From contig OZ024755.1 in assembly GCA_964016885.1 (NCBI GenBank), forward strand, positions 38,254,001 to 38,318,000: 64,000 nucleotides of DNA. Reading direction: 5' to 3'. A model generated the notes under the pieces. The model was not told the DNA's origin. It ran no database searches and saw only the letters and a list, made by a program, of their open reading frames with translations. Position 1 is the stretch's first letter; the number at the start of each line of letters is the position of its first letter. The DNA comes from Eledone cirrhosa. Lineage: Eukaryota. Positions 49,185 to 62,189 of the stretch are shown one piece after another. The position numbers were made by a program, and so were the translations under genes.

Positions 49185-49727
49185 AGTTTGTAGTGGAGTA
49201 GAAATTGAAAGAGAACCTGCAGAAAGAGAGAGTGATAGCGAGAGAGAGAGAGAGAGAGAGAGGTTGTATGTTTGTTTCTGTATATATGTATGCGAAGTTA
49301 ACATGCATTTGTGTATATGTGTGTGTGACAATACTACACTATTGTAGCAGAAATCATGAAAGTAAGGGGGAAGTAAGTATTAGCAGAGAAAGAGGAAGAG
49401 AGCGCAGTCTCTCCTCTCTCTCTCTAAACTTTTTCCATGAAGAGAGACCCCGTATGTTTGCTTGTGTCAGCGAAGATATGTGTGTGAGGAGGAACAATTG
49501 TTTTAACTGTAGTGTGGAAACACATTAAAGAGCATAGTGTGAGGAGGAACAATTGTTTTAACTGTAGTGTGGAAACACATTAAAGAGCATACTCTTCTTG
49601 AAAAACATTAAGAATTATGATTCTCTCTTTCCAAATCACCTCCTTTGGTAGCAATATTATAAGAGAAGGGAACTTCAAGCTAATCTTTAAGGTTTAAGGT
49701 CAAGTCTCATTATTATTATCATCATCA

Positions 49728-50062
49728 TGTGAAGGCACATGGCTTAGTGGTTAGAGCATTGGCCTTGCAATCGAAAGGTTGTGAGTTCAATTCTCAGACC
49801 GGGTGATGTGTTGTTTCCTTGAGCAAGACACTTTATTTCACATTGCTCCAGTTTACTCAGCTGTAGAAATGAGATGATAGGGACTGGGGTCCCTATCATT
49901 CCACTGCAAAGTGGTCGTGGAGGTGCCACGGCAAAAAAGCACCCAGCACTCACTGTAAATGAGGTTGGTGTTAGGAAGGGCATCCAGCTGTAGAAATCAA
50001 GCCAGAATCAGTTCCCGTGCCACCCTTGCAAGCAGGGAAAAGTGGACGTAAAATGATGATGA
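49728..50062 (+). mobile_element. SINE family A
   Basis: Full-length copy. Confidence 0.9.
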
Positions 50063-50113
50063 TTATATATATATATAATGATAGAAAGGGAGAGAGTGAC
50101 AGATATATATATA

Positions 50114-50440
50114 TACAGCTGCCCCCCCCCCCCCGGTATTTGCAGGGGTTATGTTCTTAGAGCACCGACAAAGAGTCAAAAACCGTGAATATTGGACGTG
50201 GGCCATAAAAATGCCTATAAACTTCAAAACATAACATAAAATATAGACCGCCAAATACGGTATATTGTTGTTAATAATTTAGCGTTAAAAAGCGTGTAAA
50301 AATATATATTGCTATGAAAAAAGCCATTAAATAAATCGCAGGAGATATTTACAATTCCACAAATATGTGGTGGTTTCCACAAACAATTATGATTAGTCGG
50401 GTTCTAAGGAAAATTCTGCGAATGCCGTGGTACACACTAT
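50114..50440. mobile_element. Tigger-like MITE
   Basis: TA-CAGCTGCCCC start; reverse homolog of 57293-57638. Confidence 0.6.
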
Positions 50441-50581
50441 ATATATATATATAACTCTTGCTCTCCCTGTCACTCTCTACCTCTATCATTCTCTCCCTTT
50501 CTATAAAATAAAGTACCAGTAATGCACTGGGTAATTGCTGGCCTTGTGCCTAAAGTAGAAACAATTATATATATATATATA

Positions 50582-50924
50582 TCATCATCATCATCATCAT
50601 TTTACGTCCGCTTTTCCCTGCTTGCAAGGGTGGGACGGGAACTGATTCTGGCTTGATTTCTACAGCTGGATGCCCTTCCTAACACCAACCTCATTTACAG
50701 TGAGTGCTGGGTGCTTTTTTGCCGTGGCACCTCCACGACCACTTTGCAGTGGAATGATAGGGACCCCAGTCCCTATCATCTCATTTCTACAGCTGAGTAA
50801 ACTGGAGCAATGTGAAATAAAGTGTCTTGCTCAAGGAAACAACACATCACCCGGTCTGAGAATTGAACTCACAATCTTTCAATTGCAAGGCCAATGCTCT
50901 AACCACTAAGCCATGTGCCTCCAT
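50582..50924 (-). mobile_element. SINE family A
   Basis: Full-length copy. Confidence 0.9.
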
Positions 50925-51113
50925 ATACACATATATCACTCTCTCTCACACACTAACACACATACATACACTTCCACATCTACACACTGTTTCTACTCTC
51001 TTAGTATTTTGCTAGTCATGTGAAACACCAGTAACCTGTTTATAGAGATCTAATAATTACTCCATATTGACATCACAATGACATCACTAACCGCCTTACC
51101 TATATTATATATA

Positions 51114-51300
51114 GGTGGATTGGCAGTATTGGTAGAGGGTCGGATGCTATGCTTTCCAGCATAGTTATGTCCCTTTACGATCTGAGTTCAAATCCCGCCG
51201 AGGTTAACTTTGTCTTTCATCCATACAGGGGTCGATAAAATAAAGTACCAGTAATGTACTAAGTAATTGCTGGCCTTGTGCCTAAAGTAGAAACAATTAT
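51114..51300 (+). mobile_element. SINE family B
   Basis: Full-length copy. Confidence 0.85.
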
Positions 51301-51473
51301 ATATAGTATATACATTATATATACTAGCAGAAAAACCACCCTTGGCTGGTTTTCTGCTAGCATGTGTAGTGTGTATATTGATATTATATGCAAGTATATA
51401 TACATGTAGATATGATACATCAAATAAAATCGTAATTGACAATATACACAGAAATTGAACGAAGACTGCGTAA

Positions 51474-51821
51474 TCATCATCATCATCATCATCATTTCAT
51501 TTTACGTCCGCTTTTTCCCTGCTTGCAAGGGTGGGACGGGAACTGATTCTGGCTTGATTTCTACAGCTGGATGCCCTTCCTAACACCAACCTCATTTACA
51601 GTGAGTGCTGGGTGCTTTTTTGCCATGGCACCTCCACGACCACTTTACAGTGGAATGATAGGGACCCCAGTCCCTATCATCTCATTTCTACAGCTGAGTA
51701 AACTGGAGCAATGTGAAATAAAGTGTCTTGCTCAAGGAAACAACACATCACCCGGTCTGAGAATTGAACTCACAACCTTTTGATTTCATGGCCAATGCTC
51801 TAACCACTAAGCCATGTGCCT
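51474..51821 (-). mobile_element. SINE family A
   Basis: Full-length copy; CGTAATCA duplicated at both sides. Confidence 0.9.
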
Positions 51822-53199
51822 CGTAATCAGTAACGTAATCCATTGACGGAAATATATGACTGTTGATTGACGGAAATATATGCGTTGACATTTGAAAATT
51901 TTAAAGAAGTGAATCTTAAAATAAGCGACAAAATTATTTATATTTAATCAAGAATAACGAAATTTAGGAGATAAATTATGTAATATTCATTCATTATTCA
52001 TTCAAAGTAATTCAACTTATTTTACAAACGGGATAAAAAAATATATTCTGGACGCTGTCCCGCACGCCTTACTTTATTATAGTTTAGATTATATACTCTA
52101 TATAATATATACACTATTATACACTAGGCCACCCGAGACCCGTTTGGTCATGTTCACTTAAAAATACTTTTAAATAATTAAAATGTACACAGACATGTAT
52201 ATAATGTAAAATGAAGTTGGAAAGCCCATATATGTGTGTGTATGTGTATACATATATATGTGGGTGTCTGTCTTACAATCTACTCTCTAACAACCACTAT
52301 CTCTTCTTCTCTATCTTTCTCTCTCTCTGTTTATGAAGGTACCTAGAAAAACCCCATATCTTGGGAACCTGTTCTCCGATTTATGCAAAACTTGTTTTAT
52401 TCCATCTGTATTCCCATTTCAGGGCCAACTTCCTTTCAAAGTATTTTCCCATTATGCGCCCTTTTGGCTGCATTAAATTACTGTCAAGCAGACAACCACA
52501 GAGTTTTAGTAGAATATAGACGTTATCTCTCAGACAATGTAGTAAAACAACTTTGTACCAACACAGACAACATAAAATTAAAAGTTACCTATTTCTAGTA
52601 TTTTGCTCTCAAAACAAACATACATAACTAATAGTTATTTCTACATTTGGCACAAGGCCAGAAATTTGAAGGAAAAGGGAAAGTCTATTGAATTGACCCA
52701 ATGCATTACTGGTACTTTATTTTATTGACCCTGTAAGGATGAAAGGTAATTGGTAATTTATCTAGGTTATCTCTGTTGATTTTTCTAAAAACCAGAATTA
52801 GTTGTTTAGTTTACATATTGAGAACCCAATCCATCTTATTTATTTTATAATTGCTGGCATTTCTAGTAATGTACTTTTCTTGTCATGTAAAAATAAAATA
52901 AAAATAAAATTTTGCCAGCGATATGGGGAGGGGGGGTAACAGCAAGTGGTGATGGAAAAATCTGAAAAATTGATAAATGAGGGAGGAGGGGAGTGCATTA
53001 TTTGAGACCTGAGAGTATTTTTATATATATATTTAACAGCTATAGGAAACTGTACTAGAGGACTCATCTAACCCATGCTTGGATAAACAGACATAAAACA
53101 ATGATGATGATGATGGTGGTGATTATACACATGATAAAAACCTATGCTGCATATATATATGCATATATATATATATATATTATATATATATATATATGC

Positions 53200-53231
<32 letters not shown>

Positions 53232-53259
53232 GTTATGTAATAAACAACATAAGATAATT

Positions 53260-53334
53260 ATTTCATTTACCAAAGGTTTCACGAAGGTAGACAAGGTTGG
53301 CACAGACGTCTGACTTCAATCGTCAGAATGAAAT
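53260..53334 (-). ncRNA. Type I hammerhead in element 53231-53435
   Basis: ATTTCATT-CTGACGA-TTGAAGTCAGAC..GTCTACCTTCGT-GAAAC-CTTTG-GTA-AATGAAAT, with 8-bp stem I. Confidence 0.8.
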
Positions 53335-53845
53335 TTTATTTAAAAACCTTATGTTGTTTATTACATAACTAAAAAGCTCTGTAGCCTACATAGAGCACTC
53401 TCTTTTCCTTTACGTTTCCTATGGAAACACTTCATATATATATATGTATATATACAACTTTGTTTTATGTCTGTTTTTCCAAGCATGCATGGGTTGGATG
53501 AGTCCTCTCCAGTACAGCTTTCCTCTACCTATTAAATTCCTTTGTTATCACTTCTGTTAAGTTCACCACTCTGGAATCAGGTTCACCTTGGTCTTCCATC
53601 TCTGCAGTTTCCTTCCACTTGGAATTGCTGACATTTCTTCATCATATACATCACGTCTCCATACTCTTGCATGCTACGTCTGATTCCCCATATATGTAGT
53701 TTGTCTTTCCTTCAACTCATTTGTCTTTGTCATTGATAAACACTCACATTACACATCCTGCATATAATGCTAGCCTCATATTGCCTTCCAATTAATAATT
53801 GCCTCTTCAGGAAAAAAGAAAAAGTATTTTCTTAGTAAAAGTCCC

Positions 53846-54703
53846 TTGTGTGTAGCTAGCTTGTTATATAATTGTGTAATATGTGTTGCCTGTTATATAA
53901 TTGTGTAATATGTGTGGCTTGTTATATACTTGTGTAATGTGTGTGGCTAGCTTGTTATATTATTGTGTAATATGTGTTGCCTGTTATATAATTGTGCAAT
54001 GTGTATGGCTTGTTATATACTTGTGTAATGTGTGTGGCTTGTTATATACTTGTGTAATGTGTGTGGCCTGTTATATTATTGTGTAATGTGTGTAACTAGC
54101 TTGTTATATAATTGTGCAATGTGTGTAGCTAGCTTGTTATATAATTGTGTAATGTGTGTAGCTAGCCTGTTATATAATTGTGTAATGTGTGTAGCTAGCC
54201 TGTTATATAATTGTGTAATGTGTGTGGCTAGCTTGTTATATAATTGTGTAATGTGTGTAGCTTGTTATATAATTGTGTAATGTGTGTAGCCTGTTATATA
54301 ATTGTGTAATGTGTGTAGTTTGTTATATAATTGTGTAATGTGTGTAGCCTGTTATATAATTGTGTAATGTGTGTAGCCTGTTATATAATTGTGTAATGTG
54401 TGTAGCTTGTTATATAATTGTGTAATGTGTGTAGCTTGTTATATAATTGTGTAATGTGTGTAGCCTGTTATATAATTGTGTAATGTGTGTAGCTAGCCTG
54501 TTATATAATTGTGTAATGTGTGTAGCTAGCTTGTTATATACTTGTGTAATATGTGTGGCATGTTATATAATTGTGTAATGTGTGTAGCTTGTTATATAAT
54601 TGTGTAATGTGTGTGGCTAGCTTGTTATATGTGTAATGTGTGTAGTCTGTTATATAATTGTGTAATGTGTGTAGCCTGTTATATAATTGTGTAATGTGTG
54701 TAG
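53846..54703. repeat. About 29/33 bp minisatellite
   Basis: TTGTTATATAATTGTGTAATGTGTGTAGC(TAGC) units. Confidence 0.93.
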
Positions 54704-55369
54704 ATTTCTTTGCTGATGTAGGTGGGCAAAATGGAATAATGCTAACTACATTTATTGTATTATATCTAATATAGTTTATATAAAGCATTGAGAAATAAGT
54801 GGTTAAAGTGTTTTATAGAAGCCAGTACATTACAAGGTAGAAATTCAGGAGTGTGGAGTAAAGTAAATTAAAATAACAGCTTGTCACCATCATCACACTC
54901 CATTTTCTATTTCTTGTGAAAAGAGGAGTATTAGCCCGAAATATGAAATATTAGGTAAAATTGTAAACTGTTGTTTTGCCTTACTCCCATTTCACTGTTG
55001 TTTTTATATTCCTAACTTGTGTTGTACTGGCTTTCTTAAGTTAGTTCTAAATCCCTATTAATTTATATTTTCAATTCTTCCAATCTAGTCCTAACTCGGT
55101 AGGATCTTTTGGCAGTATGCAATGATTCTCAGTTCAAATATGCAGTTGTTCTCCATGTCTTCATTTGGTGCCAATCCTCCAAGATATTCTAAATATAAAT
55201 TACTTTTTGGCTTTCATTTATTCATTTTTGTTTTATTTATTTATTTATATAAAAATATTTGTTGAGTCAGGATTAAACAACTGAAGAAAATGAATCAAAG
55301 AATTAAGTGAATTGGTTTGGCAAATTAACAGTTGTCAGAGCATTGGATTATATGCATCAGTATTTGTTT

Positions 55370-55605
55370 TGTGGGGGCATGTGGCCTAGTGGTAAGGGTG
55401 TTGGACTTACAATTATAATGTTGATCCTGGACTGGGTTGTGTGTTGTGTTCTTGAGCAAAACTCTTCATTTCACATTGTTCCAGTATACTCAGCTGAAAA
55501 TGAGTACCAGCAGCAATAGCTGAGGTTTTAACCCTGCAATGGACTAGAAACCAAGATAAGTACTGGCCTGATTAAACTCCAGGCTCGAGACAGACTTTAG
55601 ACTTT
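55370..55605 (+). mobile_element. Older tRNA-derived SINE related to family A
   Basis: TGGCCTAGTGGTAAGG head and CTTGAGCAAAACTCTTCATTTCACATTG core. Confidence 0.65.
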
Positions 55606-55898
55606 TTAGTATTTGTCTTAGCTTGTTCTGTTCTGAGTTCAAATCCCTTCAAGTGGGACCCCTGGGTCAATAAAATCAAAGTACATGCTCAAGTCTGTGC
55701 CAGAAGTAGCTGAGAGAAAACAATCGACAATTGACAATTGTTTCGGAGTGTTTTGCTCCTTGTCAATATTGTGTATACATTGACTGGTTGGCCTCTTTTG
55801 CATATTGAATGATTTTTATGGCCAGCTTTGCCGAAAATTAAAAAGCAAAATTTGTTTTCACTCTTAACATAAATATTCATTTATTATGGCTAAGTAGT

Positions 55899-55948
55899 GA
55901 GTCTCGTTACTCTGGAGTTTCACTCAGCAAAATCATCAGACAAGACTC
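55899..55948 (-). ncRNA. Minimal type I hammerhead
   Basis: GAGTCTTGT-CTGATGA-TTTTGCTGAGT-GAAAC-TCCAGA-GTA-ACGAGACTC, with 9-bp stem I. Confidence 0.8.
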
Positions 55949-55994
55949 TTGTCTGTTAACTACATACGGATATATATATATATATATAAAAAAA

Positions 55995-56205
55995 AAGGAA
56001 CGATCGACTTTCGTCAAATTGGACCGAGGGAACAATGTTTCCGTTGGTCTTTCCAATTGCTAATACTATCTATCGGTCGCAACTCCAGGTAGAAGGGACA
56101 ACGTGAAAATAAAGTGTCTTGCTCAAGGACATAACGCATTGCCTGGTCCAGGAATCGAACTTACGATTGCGAATCCAATTCTCTAACCACTCAGCCACAC
56201 GCCTT

Positions 56206-56208
<3 letters not shown>
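55995..56208 (-). mobile_element. SINE family C
   Basis: TGGCTGAGTGG A-box, GTTCGATTCC B-box, shared core, distinct tail. Confidence 0.8.
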
Positions 56209-56274
<66 letters not shown>

Positions 56275-57292
56275 AAAAGGTAAACAGAAATAACAACACA
56301 GTCAGTACAGTATATGGAAGGCATATATTAGGTTAACGCTTGATATAACAGGAAGAGGGTCTTAACGTTTTGGACACTAGTCCTTCACTAGAAGAAAGAA
56401 CGAGAAATAAGATAGATTGAGGGGACGGGCAGGTTGGAATTGGAAAAAATGTCAGTTGATAAAAATAACAAGTCCATTCATGTTGCCATCTCTTGGAAAA
56501 CTCATAAGTGTGTGACCAAGATATGTAATTGGGTTTACTGCCTTCATAGATAGATTGGAGGATCATGTCTTGCTTACATATGTTCCACTTTTAGCAGGGT
56601 TTCTATAGTTGGAAACCCTTCCTAATGACAACTATTTTACTGAGCATACAACTGCACCAGTACCAGGGAGGCTGCCATGTCCCAGACACAAATGAAGACT
56701 CACCTCAACTCTTTTTAGCATGGTTTCTATAGCTGGATGCCCTTCCTAATGTTAACCACTTTCTGAAGCGTACTGTAACATTAATTAATAATTGTATTTA
56801 ATTAATAGAACTAAGTTGTTATTAATACAGAAGAGGTGGGGGTCATAAAAACAACTAAAAACAAAATAGGTTAATTATGCAATTTTTTTATATTTGACTT
56901 TGAAAGTACTTTACCAATTCCGTGTATTTCCTTAGATATATATAGAAAAATATTGTTTTCTGAGTATTGTGACGTGAGTTAAATTTTGATGAGTTCATAC
57001 TTGTAAATCTATTATTGGTAGTACCTACTTCTTCTCATAAGTAGTACCTACTTATGAGAAGAACTGGGGTGGGGTTTAACTACTCTAGCTGGTGTTGTAT
57101 AGTAGTAGTAGTAATAGGAAGAGGAAGAAAAAGAACCTAAATGACTTATATTCCAGAAAAATCTATTGTTAGACAGGACAACAGCAATAATTAAACCTTA
57201 TGGTACGAAACCACCAAAACCTGACTTTGGTTCTCTGATGAAATATTTTAAATTGTTTATCTAAGAACACCAACTTAATATTGAGGAAAATA

Positions 57293-57638
57293 TACAGTGT
57301 GCCCCTGCCATTCGCAGTCCCTGTTATTCGTGGAATTTTCCTTAGAACCTAACAAATAATTGTTTGTGGAAACCACCGCATATTTGCGTAATCGTAAATA
57401 TCTTCTGCGTTTTTAATGGCAATATAATTTTTTTTAACACTAAATTATTAATAATACTGCATTTGGCGGCCTATTGGACGTCCCTTTGCATAAGATGCTC
57501 CCTCTTTTTTTATTATATTTTACTTTATATTTTGATGTTTATAGGCATTTTTATGGACCACATCCAATATTCGTAGTTTTTCACTCTTCGTGGGTACTCT
57601 AGGAACATAACCCCTGTGAATAATGGGGGACAACTGTA
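57293..57638. mobile_element. Tigger-like MITE
   Basis: TA-CAGTGTGCCCC...GGGGGACAACTG-TA. Confidence 0.7.
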
Positions 57639-57732
57639 TTTCAAAATTAATTATAAACCAGAAAACAGTGTCTTTCCTTAGTATAATGAAACAGTTAATC
57701 ATTGAGTGTGTAATATTTATTTTCCAATATCT

Positions 57733-57864
<132 letters not shown>

Positions 57865-58118
57865 AATAAAAACCCATGCTAGCGTGGAAGATGGATGCTA
57901 AATGATGATATGATCATGATTTATATATATATATCTATGGTTCAGCTAACCACCCGACTCCCGGGAATGAATATGACCGCAGCTAGTAAACAAGGACCCA
58001 CACCCCACCCTTCCCGCACCAAAATTAGACTTATCGTGCCCTACTTTTGCTCTTTACTCTCTTTACTCTTTGTTCTTGAATGTTTGGTTGGTAGAGTCCA
58101 TAACACCAATCAAACCCC

Positions 58119-58178
58119 TTTTATAGCTCTGACGAATCCTACGGTTACGTAAGGAAGAAACATTGTAAGCCAATAAAA
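58119..58178 (+). ncRNA. Type I hammerhead near 3' end of TA-bounded element 57936-58216
   Basis: TTTTATAGCT-CTGACGA-ATCCTACG-GTTA-CGTAAGGAA-GAAAC-ATT-GTA-AGCCAATAAAA. Confidence 0.75.
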
Positions 58179-58211
58179 ATCTTTTGATGTTGTAGACGCT
58201 CTTGTGTTCTT

Positions 58212-58278
<67 letters not shown>

Positions 58279-58292
58279 TAGAGAGAGAGAGA

Positions 58293-58565
58293 GATTTTGG
58301 GTTCAGTCCCACAGTGTGGCACCTTGGGTAAATGTGTTCTACTGTAGCCTTGAGTTGACCAATGCCTTATGAATGCAATTTGTTAGACAGAAACTGTGTG
58401 AAAACCTGCTGTTTGTGTGTCTATGACTGCATTTACGGTTTACGTCACATAACTTAGCAGTTCGACAAAAAGAGATTGATAAATAAGTACTACAGATGGT
58501 ATGATCAAATAGATCTGTGGAAGGTGATGCCTGCCCCAGCATGGCCACAGTTAAATGACTGAAGG
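58293..58565 (+). mobile_element. SINE family D, 5'-truncated, CORE-like
   Basis: GGGTTCAGTCCCACAGTGTGGCACCTTGGGTAAATG head/core. Confidence 0.6.
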
Positions 58566-58625
58566 AACACTAGCTTACAAAAGAGGTAGACATGTTGGTT
58601 GCTATTGGTTGGTGGAATGTTGAAT

Positions 58626-60198
58626 AGAGGACATGAGCTGCATGATGAGATAGCTATAATGGCGGACATGAACTGCATGATGGGATAGCTATAATGGCGG
58701 ACATGAACTGCATGATGGGATAGCTATAATGGAGGACATGAACTGCATGATGGGATAGCTATAATGGAGGACATGAGCTGCATGATGGGATAGCTATAAT
58801 GGAGGACATGAACTGCATGATGGGATAGCTATAATGGAGGACATGAGCTGCATGATGGGATAGCTATAATGGCGGACATGAGCTGCATGATGGGATAGCT
58901 ATAATAGGGGACATGAACTGCATGATGGGATAGCTATAATGGAGGACATGAACTGCATGATAGGATAGCTATAATGGAGGACATGAGCTGCATGATGGGA
59001 TAGCTATAATAGGGGACATGAACTGCATGATGGGATAGCTATAATAGGGAACATGAGCTGCATGATGGGATAGCTATAATGGAGGACATGAGCTGCATGA
59101 TGGGATAGCTATAATGGAGGACATGAGCTGCATGATGGGATAGCTATAATGGAGGACATGAGCTGCATGATGGGATAGCTATAATAGGGGACATGAGCTG
59201 CATGATGGGATAGCTATAATAGGGGACATGAGCTGCATGATGGGATAGCTATAATGGAGGACATGAGCTGCATGATGGGATAGCTATAATAGGGGACATG
59301 CACTGCATGATGGGATAGCTATAATAGGGAACATGAGCTGCATGATGGGATAGCTATAATGGAGGACATGAGCTGCATGATGGGATAGCTATAATAGGGG
59401 ACATGCACTGCATGATGGGATAGCTATAATGGAGGACATGAGCTGCATGATGGGATAGCTATAATGGAGGACATGAGCTGCATGATGGGATAGCTATAAT
59501 GGCGGACATGAACTGCATGATGGGATAGCTATAATGGAGGACATGAGCTGCATGATGGGATAGCTATAATAGGGGACATGCACTGCATGATGGGATAGCT
59601 ATAATAGGGAACATGAGCTGCATGATGGGATAGCTATAATGGAGGACATGAGCTGCATGATGGGATAGCTATAATAGGGGACATGCACTGCATGATGGGA
59701 TAGCTATAATGGAGGACATGAGCTGCATGATGGGATAGCTATAATGGCGGACATGAACTGCATGATGGGATAGCTATAATGGAGGACATGAGCTGCATGA
59801 TGGGATAGCTATAATGGAGGACATGAGCTGCATGATGGGATAGCTATAATGGAGGACATGAATTGCATGATGGGATAGCTATAATGGAGGACATGAGCTG
59901 CATGATGGGATAGCTATAATGGCGGACATGAACTGCATGATGGGATAGCTATAATGGAGGACATGAGCTGCATGATGGGATATCTATAATGGCGGACATG
60001 AACTGCATGATGGGATAGCTATAATTGAGGACATGAGCTGCATGATGGGATAGCTATAATGGAGGACATGAGCTGCATGATGGGATAGCTATAATAGGGG
60101 ACATGAACTGCATGATGGGATAGCTATAATAGGGAACATGAGCTGCATGATGGGATAGCTATAATGGAGGACATGAGCTGCATGATGGGATAGCTATA
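58626..60198. repeat. 35-bp minisatellite, about 45 copies
   Basis: Unit GGACATGAGCTGCATGATGGGATAGCTATAATGGA. Confidence 0.96.
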
Positions 60199-60244
60199 AA
60201 GATGTCTTTTGTTAAGAAAGTGATGCATTGCTTGTGATCTATGT

Positions 60245-60772
60245 TTAGAGTTCTGATCCTGCTCAGGTCGACTTGGCTTTCCAGGGGGTCAATAAAATAA
60301 AGTACCAGTCAAGTACTGGGGGATTAATATAACTGACTATTACCCTCCCCTCACCCAATTTATGACTGTATGCCTATTTAAAAATCATTATTCAGTGGAT
60401 TGGCAGTATCAGTAGTGAGTCGGACGCCATGCTTTGCAGCATAGAGTTACGTCCCTTTACGATCTGAGTTCAAATCCCACCGAGGTTAACTTTGCCTTTC
60501 ATCCTTACGGGGTCGATATAATAAAGTACCAGTAATACACTGGGATAATTGCTGGCCTTGTGCCAAAAGTAGAAACAATTATTATTTTTGCAGTATCGGT
60601 AAAGGCTCGGACACCATGCTTTACAGCATAGAGTTACGGCCCTTTATGATCTGAGTTCAAATCCTGCCGAGGTTAACTTTGCCTTTCATCCTTACAGGGT
60701 CGATAAAGTAAAATACCTGTAATGTACTGGGTAATTGCTGGCCTTGTGTCTAAAGTAGAAACCATTATTATT
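60245..60772 (+). mobile_element. Three head-to-tail SINE-B copies
   Basis: About 60245-60390 (old), 60393-60584 and 60588-60772. Confidence 0.8.
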
Positions 60773-60990
60773 TTTATGGTAGTGAATGGCGGAACCAGTG
60801 GAATGCTGACCAAAATACCTCACAGTACTTTGTCACCTTCCTTTACCTTCTGCCAACTTTATCTTTTAGTCTCCCAGAGTCTCCCAGGATTGATAAAGTA
60901 CCAACAATATACTGAGGTTGATTTCTTGCCCATTATTATTTGTATTTAACACAGAATATAAACACAACTCATGTAATAATAATAGTAATA

Positions 60991-61026
60991 ATTTCTTCTT
61001 GGTCTTCTGGCTAAGATCAAAGTGTA
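60991..61026 (+). pseudogene. U2: U2 snRNA 5' fragment (about nt 1-36)
   Basis: ATTTCTTCTTGGTCTTCTGGCTAAGATCAAAGTGTA versus U2 ATCGCTTCTCGGCCTT(T/A)TGGCTAAGATCAA(A)GTGTA. Confidence 0.7.
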
Positions 61027-61146
61027 ATAATTGTTTCTACTTTAGGCACAAGGCCAGCAATTACCCAGTACATTACTGGTACTTTATTTTATCGACCCCG
61101 TAAAGATGAAAGGCAAAGTTAACCTCGGCGATCAAAGTGTAATAAT

Positions 61147-61735
61147 AAAGAGATACCTTTTAATCAACGTATCAGTCTCAACAAATGATATATCTTACAA
61201 AGAAATGAACAAATTATCTAAAGATCTGTAAATGGAGGTAACCTAGATTTGAGCATTGAAAACAGAAATGATTCCAATAGAAATAATTGTTTCTATTTAT
61301 CGCACAAGGCCAGCAATTATCCCAGTGTATTACTGGTACTTTATTTTATCGACCCCCGTCAGGATGAAAGGCAAAGTTAACCCCTGTGGGATTTAAACTC
61401 AGACCGTAAAGGGGTGTAACTCTTTGCTGGGAAGCATGGCATCCGACTCTCTACCGATACTGCCCATTCCCTACCCTTTCCAATAGAAATAATAAGATGT
61501 CTGGGAATGATTTAAAGAACACACAGACAGACGTAACAAAAATCTCAGGACTTCCAAATATGGAGAACATACAAAATATAGCACTACTAGGCACTGCACA
61601 CACATGTACGATAGTTTCTGTATAACAAAAACACCACCAAAACAAAAAAACTGCACATACTCAAGACACATTGAGCTGTGCTCAGTAAAGCAGTAACAAC
61701 ATGCAATGAAAGTAAAACTACTGAATAATAATCAT
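61147..61735 (+). mobile_element. Decayed R4/Dong-like (RLE) LINE 3' end interrupted by SINE-B (61284-61470, minus)
   Basis: INVSVSTNDISYKEMNKLSKDL and KISGLPNMENIQNIALLGTAH; ends in an AATAATAAT tail. Confidence 0.6.
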
Positions 61736-62189
61736 AATTGTTTCTAATTTTGTCACTAGACCAGTAATTTGGTGGGGAGGCAAACGAAACCCTTTCATTA
61801 CCATATTTCTAATGGAGGCATTGCCTATAATTTCCAAACAAATTTTTTAAATAATGAAGATTTTGGAGAGATTTAGTAACATAATTAACTTTGACATTAT
61901 TAAGCTGATGTTTGGAGCATAACAAAGGTTCTTACATATAATCATGATGGAAGGTTATATATATATAAACACTTTAAAACAGTTTTTGTATTGTAGAACC
62001 AAGGATAATTTCAGCTGGTTTGCTATCACAAATCAGTCTAGTATTTGATTGAGACATTGTTTATCAATCCCAGAACAAAGAAACCAGAGTAAATATTCTT
62101 TTGAGTATTGTGGGCATTCATATATAGTGTGCACCCTTTTTTTACCAGAAACATGTCTGGAAAAGCCTAGTTACGGTGTATGAACATTA

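Noticed and set aside
49482-49592. About 55-bp direct duplication (also 39363/39530)
   Set aside because: Ordinary local duplications with no further signal.
4963-51783. Recurring 79-aa MPFLTPTSFTVSAG.. ORF family
   Set aside because: Antisense reading of near-identical SINE-A copies; no coding evidence.
56358-56398. Hammerhead relic on minus strand (AGGAC-TAGT-GTCC-AAAACGTTA)
   Set aside because: Both core boxes mutated; adjacent ORF shows no recognizable GIY-YIG motif.
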